From Macrostomum lignano (taxonomy: Eukaryota), in the NCBI GenBank assembly GCA_002269645.1, contig NIVC01001122.1, positions 1 to 64,000 of the forward strand: DNA of 64,000 nucleotides. The letters run 5' to 3'. The number at the start of each line of letters is the position of its first letter. Positions within the stretch are counted from its first letter, which is position 1. The notes under the pieces were generated by a model. The model was not told where the DNA came from, did not search any database, and was given only the letters and a program-made list of their open reading frames with translations. Of this stretch, positions 1 to 12,971 are shown one piece after another. Made by a program: the position numbers and the translations under genes.

Positions 1-1482
1 AACTGGCCGCAGTTTGTTATAATGGAACACGTCGATTCTGATGGCTGAGCCGTTTTGTTAAAATGAGCGCCGAATTTTCTGATTGGCTAAGCTTGTTGCT
101 ACCCAGAATCACGTGACCGAGAGATCCTATCAGTTCCCACAGGGTCGTAAAAAGATGACAGGTGCGGCCATAAATCACTCAAAGTCGCAACAAAATGATT
201 TATGACTTTTCGCGTAGGATTGACAGAAATTAATGAAAAATATACATTAGAAAGCTCTTATTAAATAGAAAGTGAAGATAATGAAGAGAAATTGCTAATC
301 GCTAATCCCAAAGTACTTTTAGGGGTAAAACGCATAGCTGTCAAAGCTGTCACACGCTTGAGTGAATCCGAACAATAGGCTCCGACCTCGTAAATCTTGA
401 TGGCCTGTCAAAATGATGAGAAAAAAGCTACCGCCCGCATCCTCTCAGACCATCTGGCGCCCGCCTCAACACTGAGTGAGGCGCAGGTGGCTGTCAGACC
501 AACTTCGGAAGCGATGATTTACGACCCAAAAAGCTACGCCTATGTTATTATGACTACTAGTATGGCCAGACATTATATCTAGTATAGATTCTATGACAAT
601 TTGCAGAAAAAGGATAAAAATGCCCCTTGCCCACTGTTAGTAGGCAAGTAAGTTTAGAGCCCATGTGCTAGCGCGGGATTTGGGAAAAAGTGCGTCCTCA
701 TCAGAATATCGAACGTTTATAGCCTGACGAGTGAATAATTATTAGCCGAATGTGGTTAACGATTTATCAGACTACTCTTAATTTCAATATAAGATAAATT
801 CTCAGTTTTGCAGCGTCCATAAAAAACTGAACACACCTGGAATACTTTTAGTCAGCACCGTCTGGATCGGTGATAGATATCAGAGTTTGCAGTTGCCAAT
901 ATAAATGTCGCACCAACCCGATGCCGGAGGGCCAACTCTCACAAGTAAAGTTGCTGCTGCATGTAAATATTTGAGATTTTGTAAAACCTGATCTGAATTC
1001 GCTCAAATATAGAAACCCAACCAGGGTTTTATCACGGAAAACTGACTTTAACGGAATTTGCACATTTTTTAATACAATTCTGTATATCACTGCATGGGTG
1101 CCAATTCTACAGAAATTAAATTCTACAGAAATTCTACAGAAATTGACAAACAGTAGAGTATTAAATTTATATTAGATTTACTTTTTTTCTAGGAAGTACG
1201 ATGACTTGTCTAAATTCCAAAAAGCCCTACGAAGTTTGCATGCTTATGGCAATAGTGTGATTTCATGACGCTTCTGTGAATTTTCACACGTTGTCTAATG
1301 TAGAAAAGGTGAATTATATCTTCTTGGTACAGCAATCAGTCAAGCTATGAAGATGCTTTGAGCTACCAAGAATGTCGCTTTTATCTCTAAAATAATCTCT
1401 AAACATGCAGTTTTAAAGATCCTTGTCATTTAGTGCGAGTAAATCGCTTTGACAATGAAGGTTTTTTGCGACCCATTTTTTT

Positions 1483-1716
1483 AACCGGCGAAAGGCATTG
1501 ACTCCCCCGAGCAGGCACACAAGCGCGCGGATACGTAAGCAGTCTCACGCACAGCCACACACTCGCACAGGAGTGTACAGCGGCCCTAACTTTATTTATC
1601 GTTAGGCATGTACACTTCACTGTTCCTTGGGGGTTGGGCCTCAAGGGCGTTAACTGGACGAGCAGAGCCAAGCCGAGATTCCAATTCAGCCTCAAATTAA
1701 TGTGACTGCACTTGGA
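1483..1716 (-). mobile_element. Partial copy of tRNA-derived SINE family (see 10033-10392)
   Basis: Diverged match to the body of the copies at 10033-10392 and 29218-29586 (acaggagtgtacagcggccctaacttt...gcagagccaagccgagattcca); tRNA head missing. Confidence 0.75.
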
Positions 1717-2276
1717 TCGTGCCTACTAGGCAATAGCAATTCCCCCATGCATAAGTCTTTTTTAGTCAGTCGACAGTTGGGGGTTCTTTTATGGTTTTAC
1801 CCTAGCCCTAATTTAACTCCAATCCTGCTAAAACCTCAGCATTTCAGCCATTCCCCATGAGCAAAAGCATTTCAATAATTCCCCACATAAGTCTTGGCAT
1901 CTCAGCAGCTCGGCCCCCATTTGTCTTGACGTCTTAGCAATTCCCAGTGAGTCTTATATTCGACAGAGCGCTTCTTTTTTGGTTAACATGGTGATTCTTT
2001 TTTCGTTCTTTCTTTCATTAATTTTTCTTTAAAACTAGCTCTTAAATAAATTTGCCATGGTTCACTAACAGTTTAGCAATGGTTCACCTGCACTGTTTCG
2101 CACAATCCCTATGCAGATAGCCACAAGTCTACATATTTCTCAATAAATCGAAACCATTTAAAACGTTTGCAACTTGCTAAAAATTGCACAGTTAAAATTG
2201 ATTTGCAATCTTCTCATACTTATTACTTTTTTGCATAAGTCAGAATAGCACAGCTCCCCAAATCAGTGCTGCTCCC

Positions 2277-2715
2277 AAGATTAGCACCACCCCCAGATTA
2301 GCACCACCCCAGATTAGCACCACCCCCCAGATAAGCACCACTCCCCCAGATTAGCACCACCCCCCAGATTAGCACCACCCCCAGATTAGCACCACTCCCC
2401 AAGATTAGCACCACTCCCCCAGATAAGCACCACTCTTCCAGATTAGCACCACCCCCAGATTAGCACCAACCCCAAGATAAGCACCACTGCCCCAGATTAG
2501 CACCACCCCCCAGATAAGCACCACCCCCCAGATAAGCACCACTCCCCCAGATTAGCACCACTCCCCCAGATTAGCACCACTCCCCCAGATTAGCAACACT
2601 CCCCCAAATTAGCACCATTCCCCACATTAGCACCACTCCCCTAGATTAGCACCACCCCCCAGATTAGCACCACTCTCCCAGACTAGCACCACTCCCCCAC
2701 ATTAGCACCACTTCC
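2277..2715. repeat. Minisatellite, ~19-21 bp unit (cccccagattagcaccact)
   Basis: About 20 degenerate tandem units read directly. Confidence 0.95.
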
Positions 2716-3970
2716 TAGGGATTCCTAGGGTGGATAATGGATAACGTCTTCTTAATGTCTTTCCTTCTAGGTGTGGGTTCGATGCAGCAGGGGATGGAGA
2801 AGTGTGCAGGGCTCTCTCGTGGTGCACATCCTACGGGAACTTATTTAGAACTATTGTTACTGTTATGATTATTTGGTTAAATTCGGCTCATACTCACAAC
2901 GTCTCATAGTAAATAAGTATAAGCAGACAGAAGCAAACGAGTTGGATAGCTAATAAAATAAAGCGGCTGCAGTCACGGACGATCAGTCCAGACGACACGC
3001 AACAGGAGGTTAAAGCCAAGGGAAGTTACAGCAGGTTCAGGAAGTGGTGGCACAGTGGAGGCACAGCCGCACTCAGGGCCAGGGTGAAGGTTCAAAAACC
3101 AGCGCCGCTCAGGGCTCAAAACGGGCTCTGATTTATAGACCTGAGATCACGCGTCACGCGATCACGTGAGCGTGATGCGTGATATTGAAGGCCGTGACTT
3201 GTCCTTGACCTCCGTTGGGTACCCAGTTACCCATGCACCCCATATAAATTCATGTAGAACATTGAAAGCCGTCACCCAGAGCATTGGCATAGCGGTTGAC
3301 TTCGGCTCATTACACTCTGTACGTTATTTCTGTCTTCTGTAATTATCGCTGAAAAGCACTAGGTCTTGGATGACCGTTATCATCAATGTTGCTGAGGATA
3401 TATCTATATTACCAGATCGATACTATATGCAGGATTTGAATTCGAATGCAGAATTTGAATCCCAGTTTGACTCACTGGGATACCATATGCAAATAAGTAA
3501 TAATAGCTGATAATCGTGCATGTAACTAACCTCCCGAGTGCTTGTACAGACACTGGATAAGGACTGACGCTAAAGTACATGTATATATGTATGCAGAGGT
3601 AAAATATACTACCTGTACAACAATCAGACGTAGGATCGAGACATCGGCAGTGTAAATATGCTACTGGTAAATAAAAGTACTAAATTTGCCATGGATTCCT
3701 ATCGACGCCGCGGTTACTTAGGTGGACGTCGGAATATTGTTGTCCTAAGATTTTGCAGACCGCACGCACACGGAATCGTCAATGTGTGCCCGCGAATTCA
3801 TTCCGTGCCTGCTTTAGTTTCGTCTATGGTTAATGCTTAGTGGCGCCCTTGTAATGATGTGACAATTGCACAACTCTGTCAATGGATTTGAGGCCAGGAT
3901 CAGAATCAGAGCTCATCACTGCCCGAAAATCTATAGACAGAAGCATTAGTTCGGGCTAGAGGGCTGTATG

Positions 3971-4475
3971 CAGGCGCGTCGCCACCGGGGGGGGGGCGAC
4001 AAGGGGGACATGCCCCCCTTAAAGGCTATGGGGTAATGGGGGACATTGCCAATGCTTTGTCCCCCACCCCACCTTGTGACCCGTTGTGGCAATCAATAAT
4101 TTTTCTTCCGGGTGCCCTTCGGCGCCAAAATGAGTACCTGCGGCGCTAAAATGAGTGCCAGTGGCGCTAAAATGAGTACCTGCGGTGCTAAAATGAGTGC
4201 CAGTGGCGCTAAAATGAGTACCTGCGGTGCTAAAATGAGTGCCAGTGGCGCTAAAATGAGTACCTGCGGTGCTAAAATGAGTGCCAGTGGCGCTAAAATG
4301 AGTACCTGCGGCGCTAAAATGAGTTCCTGCGGAGCTAAGAGTACCTGCGGCGCCAAATTGAGCGCTGACAACACCGATTCTCAAAATAATGGACATGTAG
4401 TCATTTAGTCATGTACATGTGCATGTTGAATTCTCGGCTTTGTCCCCCACCATAAAATACATGTCGACGCCCCTG
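3971..4475. mobile_element. hAT-type MITE carrying an internal 21/42-bp tandem repeat (~4105-4355)
   Basis: Termini CAGGCGCGTCG / CGACGCCCCTG; 8-bp TSD GCTGTATG at 3963-3970 and 4476-4483. The internal repeat explains the repetitive ORFs at 4019-4408. Confidence 0.85.
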
Positions 4476-5864
4476 GCTGTATGCCCACCTCAAGATTAAT
4501 TGATGGGAAATTCTAACTACATATTCTGCGTACAGGTCTGGGTCTTGGAGAAATTCCTAAATTCGTTCTCCCTGAGGGCTCCATAAGCTACGAAATTATA
4601 AGACAGTCGAGAAGAGTTCAGAGATGAGGCCGGATTTGCAACTACATGTATACCAGATCGAGTTTTATCAAAGGGAATCGGGATCCCAGGTAATACCTGG
4701 TTCCCAGGCATTACCTGTTAAAATGGGAATTGCCTGTGCAATCAACTTGACTGAAATTTAGCAAGTGCACACAACTTTACCATACAAATGTACTTTGTTA
4801 GCACAGAGAGGAAACAAAGGGCATTTAGTCAACACTAAGCGGCCCGGAAGTTACCTGTTGTTTAATTAAACTACAGCTGCTGTATATTATGTGGATGATG
4901 AGGACGAGGCCAAATATGAAATGTTTTTCACACATTTGCATGCACTTTTAGCTGCGGCTGCATTGCTGGAAGCTGTAGCCTCATAATAAACATCCAATTT
5001 CGATCCCATTTTCGGACTCAATTATGCTGTTTTCCTGTTATGCAGAAAGCTGTCAAGGCAGTGCTCTATAATTATTCGACGCTTTTGTAATTAGGTTCTA
5101 TATTTTTGAAACGGCATTTGGGAACTACATGGAGTATTTACTTTAGGGAGGCCAATGGCAATCCGGTCTATGGCATATGCAGCAAATGCTTATGCACATA
5201 GGAAAGATGATAATGTAGCGTATTCACTAAGTATTGTAGCGTATTGCTATAATATTCTATAACATGCTTAAATCTTCATATCTAGAAAGTCGTCCAACTA
5301 AACAACGCGCGTACACGGTATAAGATAGCGTACAGTACAACACTTGTATTCTAGAACTTCCGCGTAAGTTACTCACTTACTATATTTGGTATTTCGAACT
5401 CCTGCGCACCCTTTCTAGAACTACTTCTCAAACTTTCCGGATTCCGGAATGTTCTATTAACACGAATATAAACATACAGCACCCTAACACGCAACTATTC
5501 AACTCTCTCTTTCTTTTCCACACGGAAAACAATCAAAGCAAAACCAAAGTAAACGAACCACCGCGTTTTTCGCCTCGATTATTTCCGCAATCCTACAATA
5601 AGATTAAAATCATAAATTTTTATTCTTAGTTTACCTAATGATTTTAAAGATGGCTACCATTGATTCGACAATGGATGGATAACGCACGGCTTTTGAGTGC
5701 AGGGCACTCAAAAGCCGTGCGTTAACAGCTTTATCAGTTTCCATCTCGATCTTGGTCTTTATGGACCATAGACTGAAGCGTATCTATCTATAATGTGTCG
5801 CTCTTGGCACCTCTCGACCATAGACAGGAGCACTGGGGAAAGAGTTAAAGAGAGATAGAGAAAG

Positions 5865-5867
<3 letters not shown>

Positions 5868-5938
<71 letters not shown>
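5868..5938. repeat. (GA)n microsatellite
   Basis: Direct reading. Confidence 0.95.
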
Positions 5939-5947
<9 letters not shown>

Positions 5948-6940
5948 AAGATAGAAAGTTTTTGAGATAGCAAAATGTTACCTTAGTTGGTTTCCTAATG
6001 ACTACATATCTGGCTTAACCATGAACAAAACTCGACTTCAATGTAAGCTAAATGAATGAAACAACAAGGTAGAGAAAGAAATGCATGAAGATTTGAATAA
6101 CTCTTGACAAGCTCCGTTTTGCCACTGCCTAACAACTCTGTTTGATTCCCGTTGATCATCTGGAAGCAATAAGAATTATATAAAGGTGAGCAAAATTAGT
6201 ACATTAACGACACCTGTGATGATCATAATAATAATTCTTTCATTTCTTGGTCTGTTGCAAATTCAAATCAAGGATGTAGTAAAACTTTACTAATGCCACT
6301 TTAATGTCTTTGTCTATCTTTTTGTTGCAATTCTGTCTGTGATACAAGCTGTAGTTTACTTCTTAACTTTGTTTCTTATAATTCATCTAGTTACTGGCAA
6401 ATAAACATCCTACTCAGCTAGTTTGCGTGCCGTTGCCGGGGCACTTAACTTCTGTTGTTGCCCAGCAACAGATAGCACCATGCCACACAGTCAAAATTCC
6501 AAGAAAAAAATGACAGAAAAAGAATATCGGAGACCAAAAGCACGCAAACTGTTTGTAATCGAATATTTATTCTCATAGACAATTTAGACTAGATAATGCC
6601 ACAGTAAACTGTAAAAACAATACAATAGAAATATGGGAACATCTAATATTCTTGTGCTTAAAAGCTGACGACTTCCTCATATCCTTACTTCCGTCGCTTC
6701 CAAAGGTGCAGCGTCATTTATAAATAGCATATAGTTGTACTCGCAGGAGCCTTGTTGGCGCACTGGCGCAACAGCTTCGGCGGCGACATGGTCCCACAGC
6801 AACAACCACGTCCCAGAATTATTCCCATTCCTGAGCACATTCAGTCCGTGTTTACCACTGGGCTACCCCCGTCCCCACATCCAAGTGAATTTTTTATTAA
6901 CATGAAACCAAAAGCTGTGTTCACGCGCTAACATTCAGCA

Positions 6941-8020
6941 TCAGGTGCTTTCAAGACGCATGATCACAGTCGGCCCAACGGCGGTGCTGCGTTGTCGCCA
7001 GCACTTTGGGAGCTGCAGCAGCCGCCTGTAGGCGGAGCGGAACTGCGTGCTGGACAGGGCATACACAAACGGGTTGACGGCGCTGTTGGCGTGGCTCAGC
7101 AGAATAGCGCCAACAAGCAGCTCGTACGGGTAGGTGCAGGCCTCCGAGCACATCAGGCTGACAGCGTTGAGGCAGTGCAGTGGCAGCCAGCACAGAAAGA
7201 AGAGAAGCACAACTACAGCGAGGCTCCTTGCTGCTCTGCGCTCGCTTAGTGAAAGCTTGCCTCCCTGGTTGCTATCGTTACTTCCAGCAGCGTCAACTGC
7301 AGTTCTATTGGCGGTACAGAACTCAGAATCGCCTCGTTGAGCTTTTACGCTTTCTATTTGAGCACTGGCTCTGCCTATGAGAGCTTTGAAGATGCAGCCG
7401 TACACAACGCCGACAACAAGCAGCGGAGGCAGGACGCACACGAAGAAGTTGAAATAAACCATGAAATTCATGTCGATGACAGCCACAAAGCTGCACTGAC
7501 CGTTGGCAGGAGGGCCCAGATTCCAGCCCATCAGTGGCAGGTTCCCAGCCAGTAGGCCTGCCAGCCAGGTCGCCAGGCAAATGATGGAGATCCACCGACT
7601 CGAGCTGAGACGCCGGTACCTCAGTGGCATGAATACGGCTGTGAATCGTTCCAGCGATATTGCCAGCATGCCGAATATGCTCACCTGGGTGAGGCTTACT
7701 ATTAAAGAGTTTAAAATTAGGCAGCCATTGAAATCATTTCTTGGAAAGCCATTCTCTGAGACCAGGGAGATGGGGATGGCCACGCTGCCAACTAGGAAAT
7801 CCGTAGCAGCCAGGTTGGCTACCAGGTAGTTGGTTGGCTTGCGCATGGCCGGGTTCAACATTACGACTGCCACCGTGAGAGAGTTGCCCGCGATGGCGGT
7901 GGCCGAGATGACCGCCTCCAAGGCGAGTCGGACAACGTTGAGGGCGCTCAGCGGTGAGGCTTCGGTGGAGCCTGGCTCGGTCCTGGTTTGAGCAGTTTTA
8001 GGACTTAAGACAGATCTCAT
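6941..8020 (-). CDS. Intronless class A GPCR, adenosine-receptor-like (359 aa)
   Basis: 7 hydrophobic segments; GN (TM1), LAATD (TM2), ERF (TM3), FNFFVCVLPPL (TM5), CWLPLH..N (TM6), LSHANSAVNPFVY (TM7). The last three closely resemble adenosine receptor motifs. Confidence 0.9.
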   Translation of the reverse strand: MRSVLSPKTAQTRTEPGSTEASPLSALNVVRLALEAVISATAIAGNSLTVAVVMLNPAMRKPTNYLVANLAATDFLVGSVAIPISLVSENGFPRNDFNGCLILNSLIVSLTQVSIFGMLAISLERFTAVFMPLRYRRLSSSRWISIICLATWLAGLLAGNLPLMGWNLGPPANGQCSFVAVIDMNFMVYFNFFVCVLPPLLVVGVVYGCIFKALIGRASAQIESVKAQRGDSEFCTANRTAVDAAGSNDSNQGGKLSLSERRAARSLAVVVLLFFLCWLPLHCLNAVSLMCSEACTYPYELLVGAILLSHANSAVNPFVYALSSTQFRSAYRRLLQLPKCWRQRSTAVGPTVIMRLEST

Positions 8021-9568
8021 GTGAATAAATGGCCAGACAACTCATTCTTAGTATATACGCCAAGGACTACCAGGCTAGAAGGACGAAACACTTACAAAAC
8101 GTAGACAATTAGTTAAAGACCGGTTATTAAAATGTCTTTTCGGTTGCGTGTAGAAAGTTACTTTGGTCGCCAGCTTGTTTAGATTTTTGTATAAGACAAC
8201 GAAAATGGGCCTTCAACTATTTTTACACGAATCGAGACTGTAACGTCCTTCTATAACGAAGTATTCCTAGTAGTCATTGATATACGCTCGTCGAATGGAG
8301 AAGCATCTGTTTCATTCGAAGTGCCTGATGAGACAATAGACGTACGATTGCTGTAACTTACGCGTTTGTCATTGAATCGTTCATTCCGATGCTTGGCTTG
8401 GTTTAGTAAGCTGTGTCAGACCCTAATGTTAAATTGAATTAATGGAAGGTCTCGTACAAGTCCAGTTAAATTTCTCAGAAAGCACAGCACAGGCAAGAAA
8501 GTCTTAGAAGTCATGGTAGTAGATGGTTATATGGGAGTTGATTGGTGACAGGATATTTCAACTAACCCCAGTGCGTGATTGGCAGGAATGATTATTAGGA
8601 ATTTCATCATTGGAACTGCTGAACCCAATCAAATCTTTCATTTTGCCTTTCACTATGAATTCCTCTTATGAATTATGAATCCTTCTTTCGACATAGGCAA
8701 CGATGATTCAATTCGGACTTCCTCTGGCATGCAATCAATGACATTCATCTGGTCGCTTTTTATCAAACTCTCTACATTTTCTAATATTTGTTCATGGCAA
8801 ATAATCTTGGCTTCTGCCTGCACAAGCCATATTGTATGGAAAGGGAGAGTGTACTGCTAAAAAGGTTTAAAGGGTTTCGACAATGTAAAAAAAATATTCA
8901 GTCCACTGTATCCCCCACTTGCCCCGGGCGAACGTCTATGGTCTCAGTGTAAATTTCATTTATTTGCATCGGTGCAAATAAACGGTTTATTTCACTCGCC
9001 GAAAGACAATACATTAAAACGCTGCTTCTAAATGCTCACTTGGCTACATAGAGAGAATTGTCTAAAACATTCACCGCATGTCTGAATCTGCAGAATATGG
9101 TATAGATTTGCTATAGACCATAGACATCAAATCATTCTGATGTGATGGATACATCACATATTCCCCGTTAATACCAAGTGTCTAGGGCAAAAATGCTTTC
9201 GTGCCTCGCTTAACAAGTCACTCAAGCATTTATTGCCCTAGCACTGGTATAAATGGGGAATATATACTGTCCGTCAAAAGTTCCGGAACCCTTGCTACGA
9301 TGTCTTCTAGCGGACATAATTTCAGTCCGTTTCAATTGTAACTTGATTCAAATGAAAGCTGCAGATCTCAGCTCCATGATGTGGTCAAGAAAAAGTTTAT
9401 TCGAAGGAGCGTGTGTGAACAGGCCAGTGTTATGTACATAAAGGTTAGAGAAAAAAGTGAGGAAAAGACAAACAAGCAATTGTCTATGGTTGCTGAGTCT
9501 ATGGAGCAAACACACAGGGCTATTTACACACTTGCTGCCGGCACACAAAAACAGATGGCGTCCTGAAT

Positions 9569-10705
9569 TTAAACTGTCGCATTGTCGTCCTGCAGCAGGA
9601 ACCCCTGACCAACGCTCGCCAGCCCAAAGGGAACCGCAACATCACGTAGAACTGCTGCGTACCTTGCGCCCGTCATGGTGCCGTCAATCACTTCGACGGA
9701 GGACAGGTGGTTCCATGATGCTGCAGCCCAGACCATCACCGACCCGCCACTGCCACCGCGCCTCGATACCCACTGCACTGCGTCCTGTTGCTCGTAGCGA
9801 GAGTTGCGCTGGCGCCACACGCGAATTCTCCCATCATTCCAATGCACACAGAATCTCTCGTCTCTTGTCTCTCGTCGGTGAACACCACCAGCCGCCACTG
9901 CTGTTGAGCCGACCAAAAGCGATGCTCGTGACACCACTGCAGCCGTGCGGCTCTGTGAGCTGCTGACAGAGCAGGGAACTTTAAACTTCGATAGCTGTCG
10001 AGTCCTGCGGCTCGAAGTCGACGGGAGATGGTTTTTTATTAGAGGCAGGGGGGTTGTGTGCACCCTGGCGCACTTTAAGCGACATAGGCACACAACCGGC
10101 GAGAGGCATTACTACCCATTCCGCCGACTCCCCTGAGCAGGCATACAAGCGCGCGGATACGTACGCAGGCACACACTCACACAGGAGTGTACAGCGGCCC
10201 TAACTTTATATTATCGTTAGCATGTACACTTCACTGCGCCTTGGGGGGTTGGCTCTCAAGACCGTTAATTGCACGAGCAGAGCCAAGCCGAGATTCCAGT
10301 TCAGCCCCAAATTAATGTGACTGCACTTGGAATCGAGCCTGGGTCGCTGGCACACCAGAGCAGCTGCGCTACCGCTGGGCTACGGCCCCCCTGACGGGAG
10401 ATGGTGGACTGCGACACCGTGACATGCAAACCGTCGCTCAAATTTCTCTGCAATGTCGGCAGGCTCACGAAAGGGTCATTCCTGGCAATGTTTGCAACGA
10501 AGTTATTGCTGGCTGCATCCATCACACGAGGCCGTCCTGATTTCGGCAAGTTGTCAACAAAGCCACTGGTCGCAAATTTCGACGCGTAACGCTGCACAGT
10601 CGTCAGTGGCACGTCAAGATGAGCAGCGGTTCGTTTCAGCGACCATCCGGCATCCTGTCGTAACGTCACAATTCTCCACCGCGTCTCAGTGCTAACAACC
10701 GGCAT
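9569..10705 (-). pseudogene. Tc1-like transposase, interrupted by a SINE and truncated after the second catalytic Asp
   Basis: N-terminal HTH with GRPR motif. After removing the SINE it reads TISRRLRAAG...VVFTDE, then (small duplication/frameshift) RVWR...GGSVMVWAA...LLQDDNA, then stops; no catalytic Glu region. Confidence 0.85.
10033..10392 (-). mobile_element. Full-length tRNA-derived SINE inserted in the Tc1 transposase
   Basis: Minus-strand head GGGGCCGTAGCCCAGCGG (A box) ... GGCTCGATTCC (B box); A-rich tail; 13-bp TSD GACGGGAGATGGT at 10020-10032 and 10393-10405. Confidence 0.9.
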
Positions 10706-11199
10706 TTTGCTAAGCTGGCTTGTTGACGTAGACCCTGTTTTTTACTCTCCCATGAAAGCTGACTGCACAAGAATCCATAAGAGCCTGTTGATTTCAACAC
10801 AAGTTTTGGCCATAGACTAATGTTAGCCAGGCTGAACACTGCGCGCAAACCGATTCCTTCCCATGTGTGTTTGCTCCATAGACTCAGCAACCATAGACAA
10901 TAGCTTGTTTGTCTTTTCCTCACTTTTTTTCTCTAACCTTTATGTACATAACACTGGCCTGTTTTATGAATTTTATGAAATCAAACGAAAAATCCTGTAT
11001 TATTGATATCCTGGTATAATGTTTTGTATATGTTAGTCTATGAAGTTAATTTTCATAGCTAGTGCCCCAAAGCAAAACACGAAGACGCGATGTTGGCGAA
11101 AGCGAAAGCAGCAGTGAGATGTCCAAAGCCACAGCAACGAAGCGGAGGGAAAGCGAACAAAGGAAAAACGGGAACTTTGAAAAGTTAAATGTCAACGTC

Positions 11200-12971
11200 A
11201 AAAGAGAGTGCCTACACCTCTAGCAAACACGACGGAAGCTGCCAAGCCCTGCTGCGAATTAGGAAGATTCCACTGCACTGCGTTGCTCTTCCAGTCCCCA
11301 ATCTGCATAATGTCGGGCACCGGCACACCCAACACCGAAGCCCAGTCGCGCCGCCACGGCGGAGGCTGTGGGCTGGGCTGACGCTTGAAGCCCTCTGCAC
11401 CCAACTTGTCAGCTAGGAAGCAATCGAGTTGCCTGCCCGTCAACAGCCGCTTATTGCCTCCGGCGTCGCGTCGTGAACAGGGGTGCATCCTGTTGTGGCC
11501 GCTGGCCAAATGAATGAAATCAATTCACTTGAGACGAAGGAGAGGAGAGGAGAGGTAGCTCTCAGCTATAGTGAGCTAGCCAATATATATTATCTGACTG
11601 ATACTCATAGATGTACATCAGTGCGCGTACATTGCATAATAGCATTGAGCATGCACATTCACAACACATCCGCCAAATGCAGATTATTGAATCGTGCGTG
11701 CTGCTCGATCGCCAACACCGGGAACGCTCCGCCTCACTAGCCTTGCAAAAGCACCTGGTGCACTCGCTCTTTGAACTGGATAGTCTTCCCTTGGTCCAGG
11801 CGCAAGATAAGACCCAGCGGATGTCGAAAGACGTCAGCGCAGCGCACACGTGCCGGACCTTTTCCTGAAGTTGGCAGCACACAAGATTTTTGAAGCATGC
11901 CCCACCAACAGCAGATGGTGACTGCCCAGCATGCAAGCAGAAAACCGTCAGAACGACTGACTCGCTGTTGAATCTCCCGCAACATGAGCGGCGATACTGG
12001 TCGTTTTCTCGACACCCGACATCCCAGCTCTCGTTTGGCACCTCGCAGGAGGAGAGTGGTGGCGGCATGCTTTGTCAGATCTGGTGCAGAGTTGACGCGA
12101 AACCATACAGACAGCGAGCTGGAGACAAAAGCAACGCTGCCGTACGCACGCAAACGCATCCCGACTAGGCTGGGCAGGTAGTCGAGCAGTCTGTTCAGCG
12201 GACAGGAGACAGGACTGCAGCTGTTCTGCTTGCAGTAAGCTTCCCACTCACGGATGTGCCTTGCCACCGCCTGTCTCGACCGTGGTGGAGACGCCTAGCA
12301 GCGACGCGGCCTGGCGGCTGAGAGAGTCTGCATGGCGCAGGTGGACGGCCTGAAAATGAAGAAAGTGGGCAGAGGCAGGGCAGAAAGCATGTCGACGCAT
12401 TGATTGCAAAGCAAACGGGCACAAGTTGCCATAGCAACGAAATAAAAAATTAATCAACTGACTGCGCTCGTGCAACCGAGACGCTGCATCGGCGAGAATT
12501 TAAAACTCTCCCGGCACATGAAAGGCTCGAACTCTCAGACCATGCCGTAATGACATCAGCGCAATAGTCTGCAGCAACCTTTGCACGACGGGACACCTCG
12601 AAGTGCCATTGTTGATAATATGACAGGCCGCCATGTTGTCACAATAAACGCTAACATTACAGCCTTCCAGCTCTTCCCTCCAGCGCAGTATTGACAGCAG
12701 AGGAGCCACCGCCTCTTTGTAGTTGATCGGCAGATCAGCGAACACTCCGGCCGCGTCTTGGCTCCAATTGACGTAGCAAGGCCCGTTTGCTGATCTTGGT
12801 TTTGCTCCTTTCAGTTGCTAACAGCTCAGCCAGGTTCCACGCCTTCTCCTCGGGCAACCTCTTGATGCCAGCCACCGTATCGAACTCGACACCAAGGAAA
12901 GTCATGCGCTGAGTTGGTGCCTGACTTTTCGCGCAGTTCACAGTGAAGCCCAGCCGCGTCAAAAGTATCAT
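11200..12971 (-). pseudogene. Degenerate tyrosine-recombinase retrotransposon (DIRS/Ngaro-like): RT end, RNase H, YR
   Basis: RT tail LGFTVNCAKS..PTQRMTFLGVEFDT; RNase H INYKEAVA...YCDNMAA...HVPGE..ADAASR; YR with W.AYC N-terminal segment, LLLRGAKR, HSLRRGGAT and IGDWKS. Multiple frameshifts and stops. Confidence 0.85.

Larger units (their letters stand above)
9418..10963 (-). mobile_element. Defective Tc1/mariner-type DNA transposon with ~100-bp TIRs
   Basis: Inverted repeats 9418-9516 and 10864-10963 flank a transposase remnant. No TA TSD seen at the apparent ends. Confidence 0.8.

Noticed and set aside
2856-3313. Possible solo LTR (TG...CA) containing a small hairpin at ~3146-3183
   Set aside because: No TSD or second copy in the window, so boundaries are unsupported. 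The same holds for the LTR-like composition at ~16730-17640.
4019-4408. Repetitive ORFs (GTHFSAT, KMSASGA)
   Set aside because: Translations of the tandem repeat inside a hAT MITE; open in several frames.
10310-10392. tRNA gene
   Set aside because: The tRNA-like sequence is the SINE head: it is followed by the SINE body and flanked by a TSD, and no clean cloverleaf is evident.
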